IMG/VR virus record: IMGVR_UViG_3300020179_000005
Location: 124,001 to 188,000 of that record
DNA: 64,000 bases
Reading direction: 5' to 3' (one strand)
Under the pieces are notes generated by a model. It made no database searches and had not been told where the DNA came from. It was given only the letters and a program-made list of their open reading frames with translations. Position numbers and translations under genes: made by a program. Below, piece by piece: positions 30,926 to 40,329 of this stretch. Each line of letters opens with the position of its first letter. The first letter of the stretch is position 1.

Positions 30926-31963
30926 ATGTCCACACTAAGCAACAAGTTCGGTATCAAGAGCGACACATTCGCTGTTGTCACCGAGAACCCCGATGCGCTC
31001 AAGTCCCAGAGTTCAACCGTCAAGTTGATCAAGGACAAGCGCGTCAAGATCAAGGGTTCCATCAACGGCAATGCCATTGACACCTATGCGACTCTGGAGT
31101 CCGCATTCTGGACTCGTCTGACGGTTCGTGACCACGAAGTCCGCCGCCAGAACGCAGAGCCCCGTATCAGCCAAGTCTTTGGTGGCGTGTTCAAGCCAGT
31201 CAAGTTGAAGGTTGAAGTCGAACTCGGCGGTCAGGTAATGACGCTGAGTGAGTTGATCGAGACCCTCATTCTTGAGAGCGCCAAGGGCAAGAGCCTTGAT
31301 GACGTGCGTAAGATCCTCAACGACACCAACCTGATCAAGGGCCTCAGCGACGGTATGCCACTGATGTTCCAACAGATGGGTGCCAGCCAGAACGGTTTCG
31401 CCCACGCGGTGGAAATCTTCAAGGCGGCAGGTGGTATTGACGATCTGGCAACGCTGCACAAGAATCCGCGTTTCCACACCTGCTATGACATGAAAGCCAA
31501 TCAGGGTCTGGAAGTGGTTGCCTTCGAGTTGGGTTCAGCCGACCGCAAGCAATCCACCACTGGTCAGGGTTTCATTGACATCGTTGACGCGGTGTTCAGC
31601 AACCTCGTGCGTGTCATTGAACACAAGACCGCAGCGAGCATCCTGTCCAAGCAGATTCAGGAGAAGGCAGCCGAGATGTCCCAAGGGGATGTCAAACTGC
31701 ACGAAGCCAAGATCAAGAACGAACTTGACATGAGCCGTCAGTACCCAGTGATCTGGTCTGGTGCTTCTCGTCAGGTTGATGTGCAAGCCAATGGTGAGAA
31801 AGTTACCAGAGACAAGTACAACGCAACCAACGCACCGTGTGGTCGTTGGACGGTTGTGACTGCCAATGGTAACGTGGATCTGGATGTCTGGTCTAACTCG
31901 ACCAACAAGCCAGCCAACGCACCTGTCGCAGTACAGGTTGACACCACAGTTGCACCGTTCTAA
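30926..31963 (+). CDS. Hypothetical protein, probably highly expressed, C-terminal VAPF
   Basis: 345 aa, strong C/G third-position bias, AAAGGA RBS. Confidence 0.75.
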   Translation: MSTLSNKFGIKSDTFAVVTENPDALKSQSSTVKLIKDKRVKIKGSINGNAIDTYATLESAFWTRLTVRDHEVRRQNAEPRISQVFGGVFKPVKLKVEVELGGQVMTLSELIETLILESAKGKSLDDVRKILNDTNLIKGLSDGMPLMFQQMGASQNGFAHAVEIFKAAGGIDDLATLHKNPRFHTCYDMKANQGLEVVAFELGSADRKQSTTGQGFIDIVDAVFSNLVRVIEHKTAASILSKQIQEKAAEMSQGDVKLHEAKIKNELDMSRQYPVIWSGASRQVDVQANGEKVTRDKYNATNAPCGRWTVVTANGNVDLDVWSNSTNKPANAPVAVQVDTTVAPF

Positions 31964-32066
31964 GTAGAAGGTGTTGTTCCCGCCAGTTAGTTGCCATCAG
32001 AGCAAAAAGCCCATCTGGCGGGGACACCACCAATACTTATAATAATAAAAAATAATACTAGCCCTA

Positions 32067-32366
32067 ATGAAAGGTAGGCTATTTATGTACCCGATTGCCT
32101 TGGCGGTGTTCTTGGGTTTTGCTGTGGCGTTTGCCACGGATGCAATTCTCAATTATCTTCCGTTCCTGCAGAAGGTTCCATACCTAGGAAAGCCTGAAGT
32201 TCTGTTTCCAGTGTTGACCGTCTTGACGGTCTGGGCAGCAGATGTCAGCATTCTGGGAGCCTATGGATTTGGTGGAGATCAATGGTTGAATGTCGTTGGT
32301 TCGGCATTTGCCATCGTGGTCGCTACTAAAACCGTAGATGAAATCACTGACGCTTTGACGCGTTAG
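32067..32366 (+). CDS. Small 3-TM membrane protein (holin-like architecture)
   Basis: Three hydrophobic segments; function not established. Confidence 0.55.
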   Translation: MKGRLFMYPIALAVFLGFAVAFATDAILNYLPFLQKVPYLGKPEVLFPVLTVLTVWAADVSILGAYGFGGDQWLNVVGSAFAIVVATKTVDEITDALTR

Positions 32367-32451
32367 AGGTAGTAGTGGGTGGTAGTGTCCTTGCACTATC
32401 ACCCACAAACCCCTATAAAAAAAATTTTACTAATTCAAAAAGGAGCAAACA

Positions 32452-32682
32452 ATGACAAAACGCCCACCACTAACACCATGTATCATTTGTGAAAAAGCAG
32501 TAATGCACCTATGGGAAAACAACGCCACCAACCTCAATGGTGGTTGTGACATCAGGATCAGTGCTCATTATGGTAGTGAGTTTGATACCTCTAAATTTGC
32601 CGGCATTGTGTGTGACGAATGTGTAGACAACTTGGTTCAATCCAAACGACTCAGGTTTATCGGTTACAATCACGATCTATAG
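32452..32682 (+). CDS. Small zinc-binding protein
   Basis: CIIC and CDEC; AAGGAG RBS. Confidence 0.65.
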   Translation: MTKRPPLTPCIICEKAVMHLWENNATNLNGGCDIRISAHYGSEFDTSKFAGIVCDECVDNLVQSKRLRFIGYNHDL

Positions 32683-32945
32683 AACGAATGTGTACTGTCT
32701 ACTCTATAGTCTATATAAGGCTATAGGGTAGCAGTAACAAAAAATATTTCTAGTCTTCTGGGTACCGAAAAAATTCGGTCCTTTACGGTAATAAATATTT
32801 TTATTTTTATTAGTCCTCTGGTCACCGAATTTTTCGGGGGGCCCCAGAAAAAAGTTCTTTTAGGTGTTGCATCTAAAAAAGAATATATGCTATAGTATAT
32901 TCAGCAAGCAATACCAAAATTATTCAAACTTACAAGGAGCAATGT

Positions 32946-33176
32946 ATGCCAAAGCAACATCAATCCAAAGCCATCAAAGAAGTCTTTCGGGAGCTGAGAA
33001 GACTTGGCTTTGTAGTAGAACAGAAGAAATCAGGCGCATACCGGATTGTCCCCCCTTCAACAATTCCGGGCCCGATATATACAACTCACGGCACAGAATC
33101 AGCGTTACACCCAATACGCCGTGACTTTAAAAAATATTATAACATAACTCTTCAATCTACTCTTAAAGTCAAATAA
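32946..33176 (+). CDS. HicA-like small protein
   Basis: Size and pattern ELRRLGFVVEQKKSGAYRI resemble the HicA dsRBD fold; the canonical GSH His is absent. Confidence 0.45.
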   Translation: MPKQHQSKAIKEVFRELRRLGFVVEQKKSGAYRIVPPSTIPGPIYTTHGTESALHPIRRDFKKYYNITLQSTLKVK

Positions 33177-33670
33177 CAAGGAAAAGTTTGTTAGAGCTAC
33201 GAGGTTAAATATGCCCCTATATTGTGACCTCGTAGCTCGATTTAATTAAAAGGACTTTTTATTATTAAACTTAAATAAATATCAGTATTAGAATAAAATG
33301 TTATCAAAAGTAAAATTAAAGGCTCTCTCGGGCCTGAACCCATTATACTTTTATTATATTTTGTATTATCAACATACTATATCAATATCAAAGGCGGTAG
33401 TGTCATGGCTAAATTGCCCAACAAATGGAATGATCAGGATCGCAAAGACTTCAAAAATGGAGTACGCCTACGTGCTGTTACCATACAGGATAAAAAAAAG
33501 ACGTGGAACAAAAAGGCTTGTAGAATAAAAATACCCTTGGATCACAACTTCGACTAACTTCCAGTGGGTTGCAGTGGTGAACAGTGGGGATATCTTTATA
33601 TTCCTACAAGCATATACTCTATCCCTATTAGCATATACGTAAAAATTATAAAAATTTTTGCGGGCGGCCT

Positions 33671-33743
33671 GCCCTGGTAGCTCAGTGGATAGAGCAACGG
33701 ACTTCTAATCCGCAGGTCGTAGGTTCGACTCCTACTCAGGGCG
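33671..33743 (+). tRNA. tRNA-Arg(TCT)
   Basis: GCCCTGG acceptor, anticodon loop CTTCTAA, GGTTCGACTCC. Confidence 0.95.
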
Positions 33744-33932
33744 CAAAATGGAAACTAAAAGGATTGGCTGTTGCGTCAGCCAATTCGGTATAGTTTCTGG
33801 GCACATAACAAAAATGTGTGGATGAAGACCAACCTTGTAGGATTCCCTCCATTTATCCTAACATGTTCCCGATTCCTACTCCCCCTGTGAATCGCCAGAA
33901 CTATATCCAACTTAAGAAAGGTTCATTGCCAT

Positions 33933-34391
33933 ATGTCAACGCAGCTCATGGATTCTAAACGCTTACCAATGACAGATGACCCTAAGATAGTTTCTATTCT
34001 TAGAGTTCATCATGCATTATGGAATAGGGAATCTTTTATTGAGCGGGGCGGCCAGAAGTACACGCCTTTTGTACCAGCTCATGATGGTTACATATCCGTC
34101 GTACTGCCAAACGAACAGGGTTATAACTTATTATGGATTACTCAGAATCTGAATAAATCCACTTCAGGATCTTTAGAGATTAAAAAAGCCCGTTCGTTGG
34201 GTAACGACAAAAGAATTACATGGATCGTAGACAATTCAAACTCTAAGTTTTTGTACCTTGGTTCGGTCCATACTTGCAATTATTTTGACGGCCAAGAAGA
34301 TATAATCATTGAGCGTTATTACCAAGATGAACCCACTCAAGTCCTATGGACTAACATGCCTTTTTACTTGCCTGTCAAGTCTAAATATTAG
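33933..34391 (+). CDS. Hypothetical protein
   Basis: 152-aa ORF. Confidence 0.65.
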   Translation: MSTQLMDSKRLPMTDDPKIVSILRVHHALWNRESFIERGGQKYTPFVPAHDGYISVVLPNEQGYNLLWITQNLNKSTSGSLEIKKARSLGNDKRITWIVDNSNSKFLYLGSVHTCNYFDGQEDIIIERYYQDEPTQVLWTNMPFYLPVKSKY

Positions 34392-34557
34392 AAATTGTTA
34401 ATGGGTCAAATTTATATAGGTTTGTTCTCAACCATACTATATATATATTAATATGTTGTAATTCAAATAAAATAAATTTCAACAAAACTTGCATATTTTA
34501 CCCTTCTACACTATAATATTTATACACCTTTATACACCTTAAACGGAGAGTACCATA

Positions 34558-34764
34558 ATGGCTAAGCCATCAAAAACACCACAAATTGAACAATTCATCA
34601 ACACACACGTCAACAATACTTTTTCAACAAAAGAGATGTGCGAACAAATCGGAGTGAGCCTTCCAACTTTGTTGAATTATATTAGAGCCAATCAAAACAG
34701 ATTTCAGCTTGTATCCTACGGTACTTACACCATAGTTCAAGCTTCAACATCTGCTAATTCTTAA
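34558..34764 (+). CDS. Small helix-turn-helix protein
   Basis: FSTKEMCEQIGVSLPTLLNYIR. Confidence 0.7.
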   Translation: MAKPSKTPQIEQFINTHVNNTFSTKEMCEQIGVSLPTLLNYIRANQNRFQLVSYGTYTIVQASTSANS

Positions 34765-34955
34765 CTTTATTATTAGATAAGGTTACTATACAAGGATATA
34801 ATGCCCGTTCCCAGCGGGCAGGGAAAAGATCCCTAACATAACAGAGCAATACTGTGAAGTCGGAGATAGGCAACCTGCCATCTGTGACGGGCATTTCGTT
34901 TTTGTCCGCACATCTTCGGGTTCGCAACCTGCGTTATACTAATGACAATTGTTAA

Positions 34956-35639
34956 TTGATTGTCAGACTAGACGATAAGGAGCGAAAACGCATGCTAGTA
35001 CAAAACGCGATAAAATATTTTGTAGTAACCTTACTTACCTTTGTTAACTTTACTGGACTGTTTGTAGTCAATCAGTTACATGAAGAAACAAAGCAAGTTA
35101 AGGAGCCCCCTAGTACCCTTGTGGTACAAACACATCACACCGTACAACAACATAACAATCTTTATTCATTAAATGAAACTAAAGATATTGGTTCTAATAT
35201 AAATAGCGTTCAGCATTACGGACTAACATTTAAACATGGTGATATTTCTTGGTTACCATACCTTGCTGCTCAAGCAGGTTGGCCAGAACACACATGGAAT
35301 AAGTTAGGCCAGATAATCTTACGCGAGTCAGGCGGTTGTCCCAACCGTCGTGGCGGTGATGTCGTAAATTCTAATTGTGTCATAACCAGAGTTTCTGAAT
35401 GGAACCACCGTTCAGACACAGGCTTGTTACAGATCAACGGAGTCAATTACAACACTAAGCGCAACAAGTGGGCAGCAGTATGCAATAGAATGTCTGTCTG
35501 CACACAAGAGCCTTTGTTGGATCCATTGACCAATCTTAAAGCCGGTAAACTTCTTTATGATATAGCAGGATGGTCACCATGGAATCCCTGCACATGGGAT
35601 ATTTCCAAGTGTCCAAAAAAGGTATCGACATCTGACTAA
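34956..35639 (+). CDS. Membrane-anchored lytic transglycosylase (SLT/lysozyme-like); start probably ATG 34992
   Basis: RESGG catalytic Glu, DTGLLQIN, NLKAGKLLY..GWSPW; N-terminal TM segment. Confidence 0.8.
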   Translation: MIVRLDDKERKRMLVQNAIKYFVVTLLTFVNFTGLFVVNQLHEETKQVKEPPSTLVVQTHHTVQQHNNLYSLNETKDIGSNINSVQHYGLTFKHGDISWLPYLAAQAGWPEHTWNKLGQIILRESGGCPNRRGGDVVNSNCVITRVSEWNHRSDTGLLQINGVNYNTKRNKWAAVCNRMSVCTQEPLLDPLTNLKAGKLLYDIAGWSPWNPCTWDISKCPKKVSTSD

Positions 35640-35712
35640 AATAGGGGATCTTATTCCCTTTATTTTAATTCAAAATATGGCATAAACATCTAACTAAAGA
35701 AAGGCTAGTTGT

Positions 35713-36126
35713 ATGTTCCTTACTATGATGATCGTTCTTGGTTTATCATCATTTATCGTAGAAATGATGCTCGCAGTGAATATTCCGTGGTGGAGACAAA
35801 ATGCTCATCGGTTGAAATGGTTTAACATGATCATTTCAATCACTTTGTCATCAGTACTTGGCTTTCTATTTGGAGCCGCAGGTCTTGTCGTTATGGGCGC
35901 TGCTTTGTTTGGTACTGTTTTATCTATTCCGGGTTATGCATTCTTGCACTGGAATTATGATTCAGAGCAAGCAGCCCGCTATGGTGGCAACATGCTTTCC
36001 CATATTCGCGGAAAATGGGTTCAAGCATTCAAAGATCTTGCTAAAGTAATTTATACAGTAATAAAAGTAATTACATTTCCCGTCTGGGGATTGAGATGGG
36101 TAGCAAACAAAATAAACAATAGATAG
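35713..36126 (+). CDS. Membrane protein
   Basis: Multiple hydrophobic segments. Confidence 0.65.
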   Translation: MFLTMMIVLGLSSFIVEMMLAVNIPWWRQNAHRLKWFNMIISITLSSVLGFLFGAAGLVVMGAALFGTVLSIPGYAFLHWNYDSEQAARYGGNMLSHIRGKWVQAFKDLAKVIYTVIKVITFPVWGLRWVANKINNR

Positions 36127-36173
36127 TATATTTATAGCCATATCAACGCAACTATGGAGAAAATGGAGATTAT

Positions 36174-38759
36174 ATGACATTGTCCTATCGACCAAGAGTT
36201 CGGCTCAACGCAGAAATATACGGTCCTTTGCGTAGCATGAACGATTACCAGTTCGGCTTCTATGACACAGGCTTTCTGCGTCAAGCCGTACAGGCACTTT
36301 CTGAGCAGCATTCTACGGAAAAACCTGTGTCGTTTAGAATGGCCACTCTACCAATACCTCAGACACCATCCGAATTACGGATAGCAGAAGCCATCGTTCG
36401 CCATCCACAGATTTCTTATGCAATCGTGGACAAGGACAAAATGGCCTTCGTTATCATCGAGGGGTGTCCAGGTTGGCTAGAGGCATTCAAGCGTCTTGGT
36501 TACGAAGTTTACGCCGGAGACAAGACTGCGAAACGACTCAAGACTTTTCACCGTCCTGCACTGTTGAACGCAACGTTTGCCAAGGACGAGTTGAACGTAA
36601 TGATCGTAGATCCCACTCAATATTCAGAATACAATTTCAATGATCCCGAAATGTTAGCTTCTTTGTCACAAGACTATCCCGGTGTAGATTTCAAGGACCC
36701 AAAAGTTCTTGCTCGCTTGTTGGACGGTGGTTTTGTCGTATCTTCAAAGTTGATACAGCGTGCTGTAGCCAACTTGCCGGTATACGAACCCTCAAAGACC
36801 ACCGACACCAAAGAGTATTATTACGATTGGCGGATTCGCAAGAAGCTGGTACGCAATCTCTTGAAGCAGAAAGTATACAATGCCCGCATCGTTTTCGATA
36901 AGGGTTTCCTCAAGGGTAATTGCATAGTTTCTGACAACCTACCTGAGGGAGTTGATATCATCACTTCCCAGGATAACATCAAGTCAGAAATCAAGTATGA
37001 AAACGGATTCAAATTCATTGCAGAGCCGCAAGGTTCCCACGAACGAGTAATCACCGACGACCAAACGCTCATCAACCTTCCAAATCTGTTTCGCCAGTCA
37101 GACATGGAGTTCTGGCTAGACGAAGAGTACAAGAAAATGTTTGATGATGCGGTCAACTGTCGTCTGCTTACGAACTGGCGTGAAATCTACAAACGACAGT
37201 TCCGTAACCTCGCAGACGCAGAAGACGAAGAGGCCAACTCTAGAATGTCGTACGTTGGTTACCGATGGGTATCCTCTGGAATGAAGATAACCGATTCACC
37301 TTGGCTCTTTGAAACATTGGCAACCAGCCACGCAAAACCATACCAGTCTCGGGTTCCCATTCCTTGTTCTGTCTACGAACAGGTGATACCAGAGTCGTTG
37401 GCACATATGGCTGGCTATGAGCTGAGCGTACAGGTGGAACAGGGTCAAATCATTCGTATCAACGAGATAGGCGTTCACGTCGTCAACGACGCTGATTGGC
37501 TCGAGATGTACGAGTCGCACGGCGGCCACGACGAGGACGATTATTTCAAGCTGTTCTACCGCACCATGGAAGGCGGGAAATTTGACGGACAAAAAGTCGT
37601 CATCGTATGCCGTTCACCAAACGGTATCGGTGAGTACTCGATCTTTCGGTATGTAGAGGGCCAATGGTCACCCACTTGGCACAAAGCAGATGGCACTCCG
37701 ATCAAGTTCCCCACCGTTTCCGGGCGCGGATGGCCAAAACGACTCAGTGAATGTATTCGTGATAAAGAAGTACGTTATACTGGATTTCCATCCGAACACG
37801 TTAAGAAGTCCAAGAAAACCGGCTTGTATACACAAGACGACGTCATTTCAGATATCAAAGTCGCCATGACCGGCGGCAATGTCGGAGGTTACGTCAATGC
37901 CGCAATGGTTCATTCTTTGATCATTCACAAACATCGTCCAGTCCAACTTTGTTCTATGGAAAAGGCAATTGACAAGTGCATCAACCCCGACTTTGCAGAG
38001 GATGTACTTGCGATTGACGAAGAAGCCAAGAAGATCGTCAGAGAGATCATCGATTCCGCACAACCAATAGACACGAATGTTTGGCTGAAACGAGGTTTCA
38101 AACGTTATCTGAAGGACGGAGAAGAGATCGTACTGCACGACGGTAAGATAACACAAATGAATCTACTTTGTTCACAAAAGTATTCGGAGTATTGCCAGAA
38201 AGTACGCAATTGGGCGCAGCTAAACGCTAAGCCACCGCAGATCGTACATGATCTCGCCCAACGCCTCTACTTTCAGGCACTTTCCACGGTAAAGGACTTT
38301 CGTAGCAAGATCTATCAGGTCAATATTTCTGAAACCACGCAATCAACTGGCAACATAGTCAGAGGATCATGGGAGTCAATGTACACTGAGATTGTTAATA
38401 TCATTAATTCTTTCCAGCGTATAGAAGACAAGCATGATTTTGTGTTGTCCATGTATTCGGTTTCTTTGAACGTTCCCACATCTGCAGGTAAGGTTACGGA
38501 TCAGATCGTAATGAATCGATTCGTTTATCCTTATTTGGAGTCTGCATTACAGTTTTACGGTATTGCAAGCACCGTCTTTTTCACCCCGAAAGCGGACGGC
38601 GATGTGGACGTAAACACGTTCAAGAGCGACAAATGGCAGTACGACAAGCACATCTATCACGACCCGATGTCTTTCCAAGAAGCACATCGTCAGGACACGG
38701 AAGTTGTGTTCACACCCACGATCAAGTTCACCAGAACTTCCAGCGTATCAAGATATTAA
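36174..38759 (+). CDS. Single-chain two-barrel RNA polymerase-like protein (paralogue 2), variant catalytic loop GGHDEDD
   Basis: LLDGGFVVS, NARIVFDKGFLKG, HGGHDEDDY, VCRSPNG, NVGGYVN, KAID, collinear with 24839..27481. Confidence 0.7.
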   Translation: MTLSYRPRVRLNAEIYGPLRSMNDYQFGFYDTGFLRQAVQALSEQHSTEKPVSFRMATLPIPQTPSELRIAEAIVRHPQISYAIVDKDKMAFVIIEGCPGWLEAFKRLGYEVYAGDKTAKRLKTFHRPALLNATFAKDELNVMIVDPTQYSEYNFNDPEMLASLSQDYPGVDFKDPKVLARLLDGGFVVSSKLIQRAVANLPVYEPSKTTDTKEYYYDWRIRKKLVRNLLKQKVYNARIVFDKGFLKGNCIVSDNLPEGVDIITSQDNIKSEIKYENGFKFIAEPQGSHERVITDDQTLINLPNLFRQSDMEFWLDEEYKKMFDDAVNCRLLTNWREIYKRQFRNLADAEDEEANSRMSYVGYRWVSSGMKITDSPWLFETLATSHAKPYQSRVPIPCSVYEQVIPESLAHMAGYELSVQVEQGQIIRINEIGVHVVNDADWLEMYESHGGHDEDDYFKLFYRTMEGGKFDGQKVVIVCRSPNGIGEYSIFRYVEGQWSPTWHKADGTPIKFPTVSGRGWPKRLSECIRDKEVRYTGFPSEHVKKSKKTGLYTQDDVISDIKVAMTGGNVGGYVNAAMVHSLIIHKHRPVQLCSMEKAIDKCINPDFAEDVLAIDEEAKKIVREIIDSAQPIDTNVWLKRGFKRYLKDGEEIVLHDGKITQMNLLCSQKYSEYCQKVRNWAQLNAKPPQIVHDLAQRLYFQALSTVKDFRSKIYQVNISETTQSTGNIVRGSWESMYTEIVNIINSFQRIEDKHDFVLSMYSVSLNVPTSAGKVTDQIVMNRFVYPYLESALQFYGIASTVFFTPKADGDVDVNTFKSDKWQYDKHIYHDPMSFQEAHRQDTEVVFTPTIKFTRTSSVSRY

Positions 38760-38791
38760 TAACAACAATATATGAAAGGTAAGTATATTAT

Positions 38792-39718
38792 ATGAATAAA
38801 GATACAGAGATTCAAATGCAGCAAGATGAAATTGGTTCTGATTTGGAGATCAACGTTCCTTTGTGGAGAAATTTCGTGAAGGACGTTCGCAAGATGACTT
38901 ATCCCGAAGATCCTCACACTGTTCGGGAATTGGTCAAGGCCTATTATCGACTGCAGGATGCACGCATTGCGATTGCAGCCCAGTCCAGAGAATTGGCCAA
39001 ACGCGAAAAGCCGAATCAAATGAACGAACACATGGCTATCAACATGAAGTACATGGAGCAGTCGTTGGTTGATCCATTCAAGCACTTCAGTGGCAAGTAC
39101 TTGGCCGGACGATGGGCACTTTCCCAGTACGGCATAGGTCCGGTAATCACCGCTGGATTGTTGTCCAACATTGACATTTCCAAGGCCCATACTGCTGGTA
39201 GCATTTGGCGTTTCGCTGGAATGGATCCCACGGTTGTTTGGCAGAAGGGCGAAAAGCGCCCTTATAACGCAGATCTAAAGACTCTCGTTTGGAAAATTGG
39301 ACAGAGTTTCATGAAGTTCTCTGGTCGCGACCAGTGCTTTTATGGCAAGTTGTATCTGCAGGACAAAGCACGTCGTGTACAGTTGAACGAATCTGGAACA
39401 TATTCCGAAAGAGCCAAGTCAATCTTGGAGCAGAAACAATGGAAGAAGAACAATCCTACCCGTCGCAGACTGCAGGAAGGTTATTTACCTGACGGTCAGA
39501 TAGATGGTCAGGCACGTCGCTTTGCTGCCAAGATCTTTTTGTCTCATTTCCATACGGTGTGGTACGAAGATTACCACACTAATCTTCAGGGTACTCCCGT
39601 ACGCGCACCCCGACCTTATGTCATTCAGCATGGCGGTCATTCTCATATGATCGAAGTGCCGAATTATCATCAAGCAGTGGACGGTGTTTCTTCCGGATAC
39701 ATCATTTTGGACAAATAA
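38792..39718 (+). CDS. tasA: Nop-domain/IS110-related RNA-binding protein without nuclease domain (TasA-like)
   Basis: YYRLQDARIA coiled coil, YGIGPVITAGLL, SIWRFAGMDP, YNADLKTLVW, ARRFAAKIFLSHF; only ~45 aa precede the coil, so no RuvC/HNH; TIGR-like array 0.6 kb downstream. Confidence 0.8.
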   Translation: MNKDTEIQMQQDEIGSDLEINVPLWRNFVKDVRKMTYPEDPHTVRELVKAYYRLQDARIAIAAQSRELAKREKPNQMNEHMAINMKYMEQSLVDPFKHFSGKYLAGRWALSQYGIGPVITAGLLSNIDISKAHTAGSIWRFAGMDPTVVWQKGEKRPYNADLKTLVWKIGQSFMKFSGRDQCFYGKLYLQDKARRVQLNESGTYSERAKSILEQKQWKKNNPTRRRLQEGYLPDGQIDGQARRFAAKIFLSHFHTVWYEDYHTNLQGTPVRAPRPYVIQHGGHSHMIEVPNYHQAVDGVSSGYIILDK

Positions 39719-39757
39719 ATAACTTCTTTGTTTTGACCCAAAATACCGGAGGATAAT

Positions 39758-40291
39758 ATGACACAAATGTTAACGAAAATACATTCTGATGTAGTGAGTA
39801 CAATCGTAAGTTATTTCGACGAACATCTTGATCCACTATTGGTTACCGATGTATCTAGATATGCGCCTGGACGCAGAAGATTGTGGCTTCAGTACGAAGC
39901 GCCTCTTACTGCATCTAGACCATGGTTACCCGGACATAGAGACCAAAGAATATGGACTTATATACAGTCGATATGTCGACCTCATAAGTTCAGCCCTGAC
40001 TTTGGTTTGGTGTCAAAGGGTGGTCAGATAGGCCCACATAGAGATGCATCAGCTTTGTGCGCCCATGCAATAAGTATTAACTTGGGTAGAGTTACTTGGT
40101 GCATGGGGGAAAAAGAACAGGTCGAAAAGATCGATCTTGTTGGAGGAGAGGTATTTTCCTTCAACAGTAAAAATGTTCATTGGGTTGAGAACGTAGATCC
40201 GCAACGTTGGGCTATCAACCTTTGGAATGTGTCCAATATTGAGACCCAGCGGTATCAGCAGATCAAGATTCAATACCCGTTATCTGAATAA
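39758..40291 (+). CDS. 2OG-Fe(II) dioxygenase (AlkB-like double-stranded beta-helix)
   Basis: IGPHRD (HxD), ISINLG, GEVFSF, distal H (NVHWV), RWAIN. Confidence 0.75.
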   Translation: MTQMLTKIHSDVVSTIVSYFDEHLDPLLVTDVSRYAPGRRRLWLQYEAPLTASRPWLPGHRDQRIWTYIQSICRPHKFSPDFGLVSKGGQIGPHRDASALCAHAISINLGRVTWCMGEKEQVEKIDLVGGEVFSFNSKNVHWVENVDPQRWAINLWNVSNIETQRYQQIKIQYPLSE

Positions 40292-40329
40292 TATTTTTAA
40301 CCGTAGCCTGAAGAGAGTGCCGTTCACCG

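Larger units (their letters stand above)
27607..35647 (+). promoter_or_regulatory. Second dispersed motif AAAATAGGGG, 8 copies
   Basis: Starts at 27607, 27656, 28430, 29209, 29448, 30505, 30838, 35638; all at gene boundaries; two (29209, 29448) may simply serve as RBS. Confidence 0.55.

Noticed and set aside
32690-32850. Hairpins and paired CCGAA…TTCGG palindromes
   Set aside because: They could be operator or terminator sites, but two imperfect copies are too little to call.
34801-34894. SAM-I or c-di-AMP riboswitch
   Set aside because: GGCAACC is present, but the AUCnAGAG core and the ydaO GCUGAAUCC consensus are not.
38792-39718. Active IS110 transposase
   Set aside because: No N-terminal DEDD RuvC domain, the SG motif after AGMDP is missing, and no element ends are evident.
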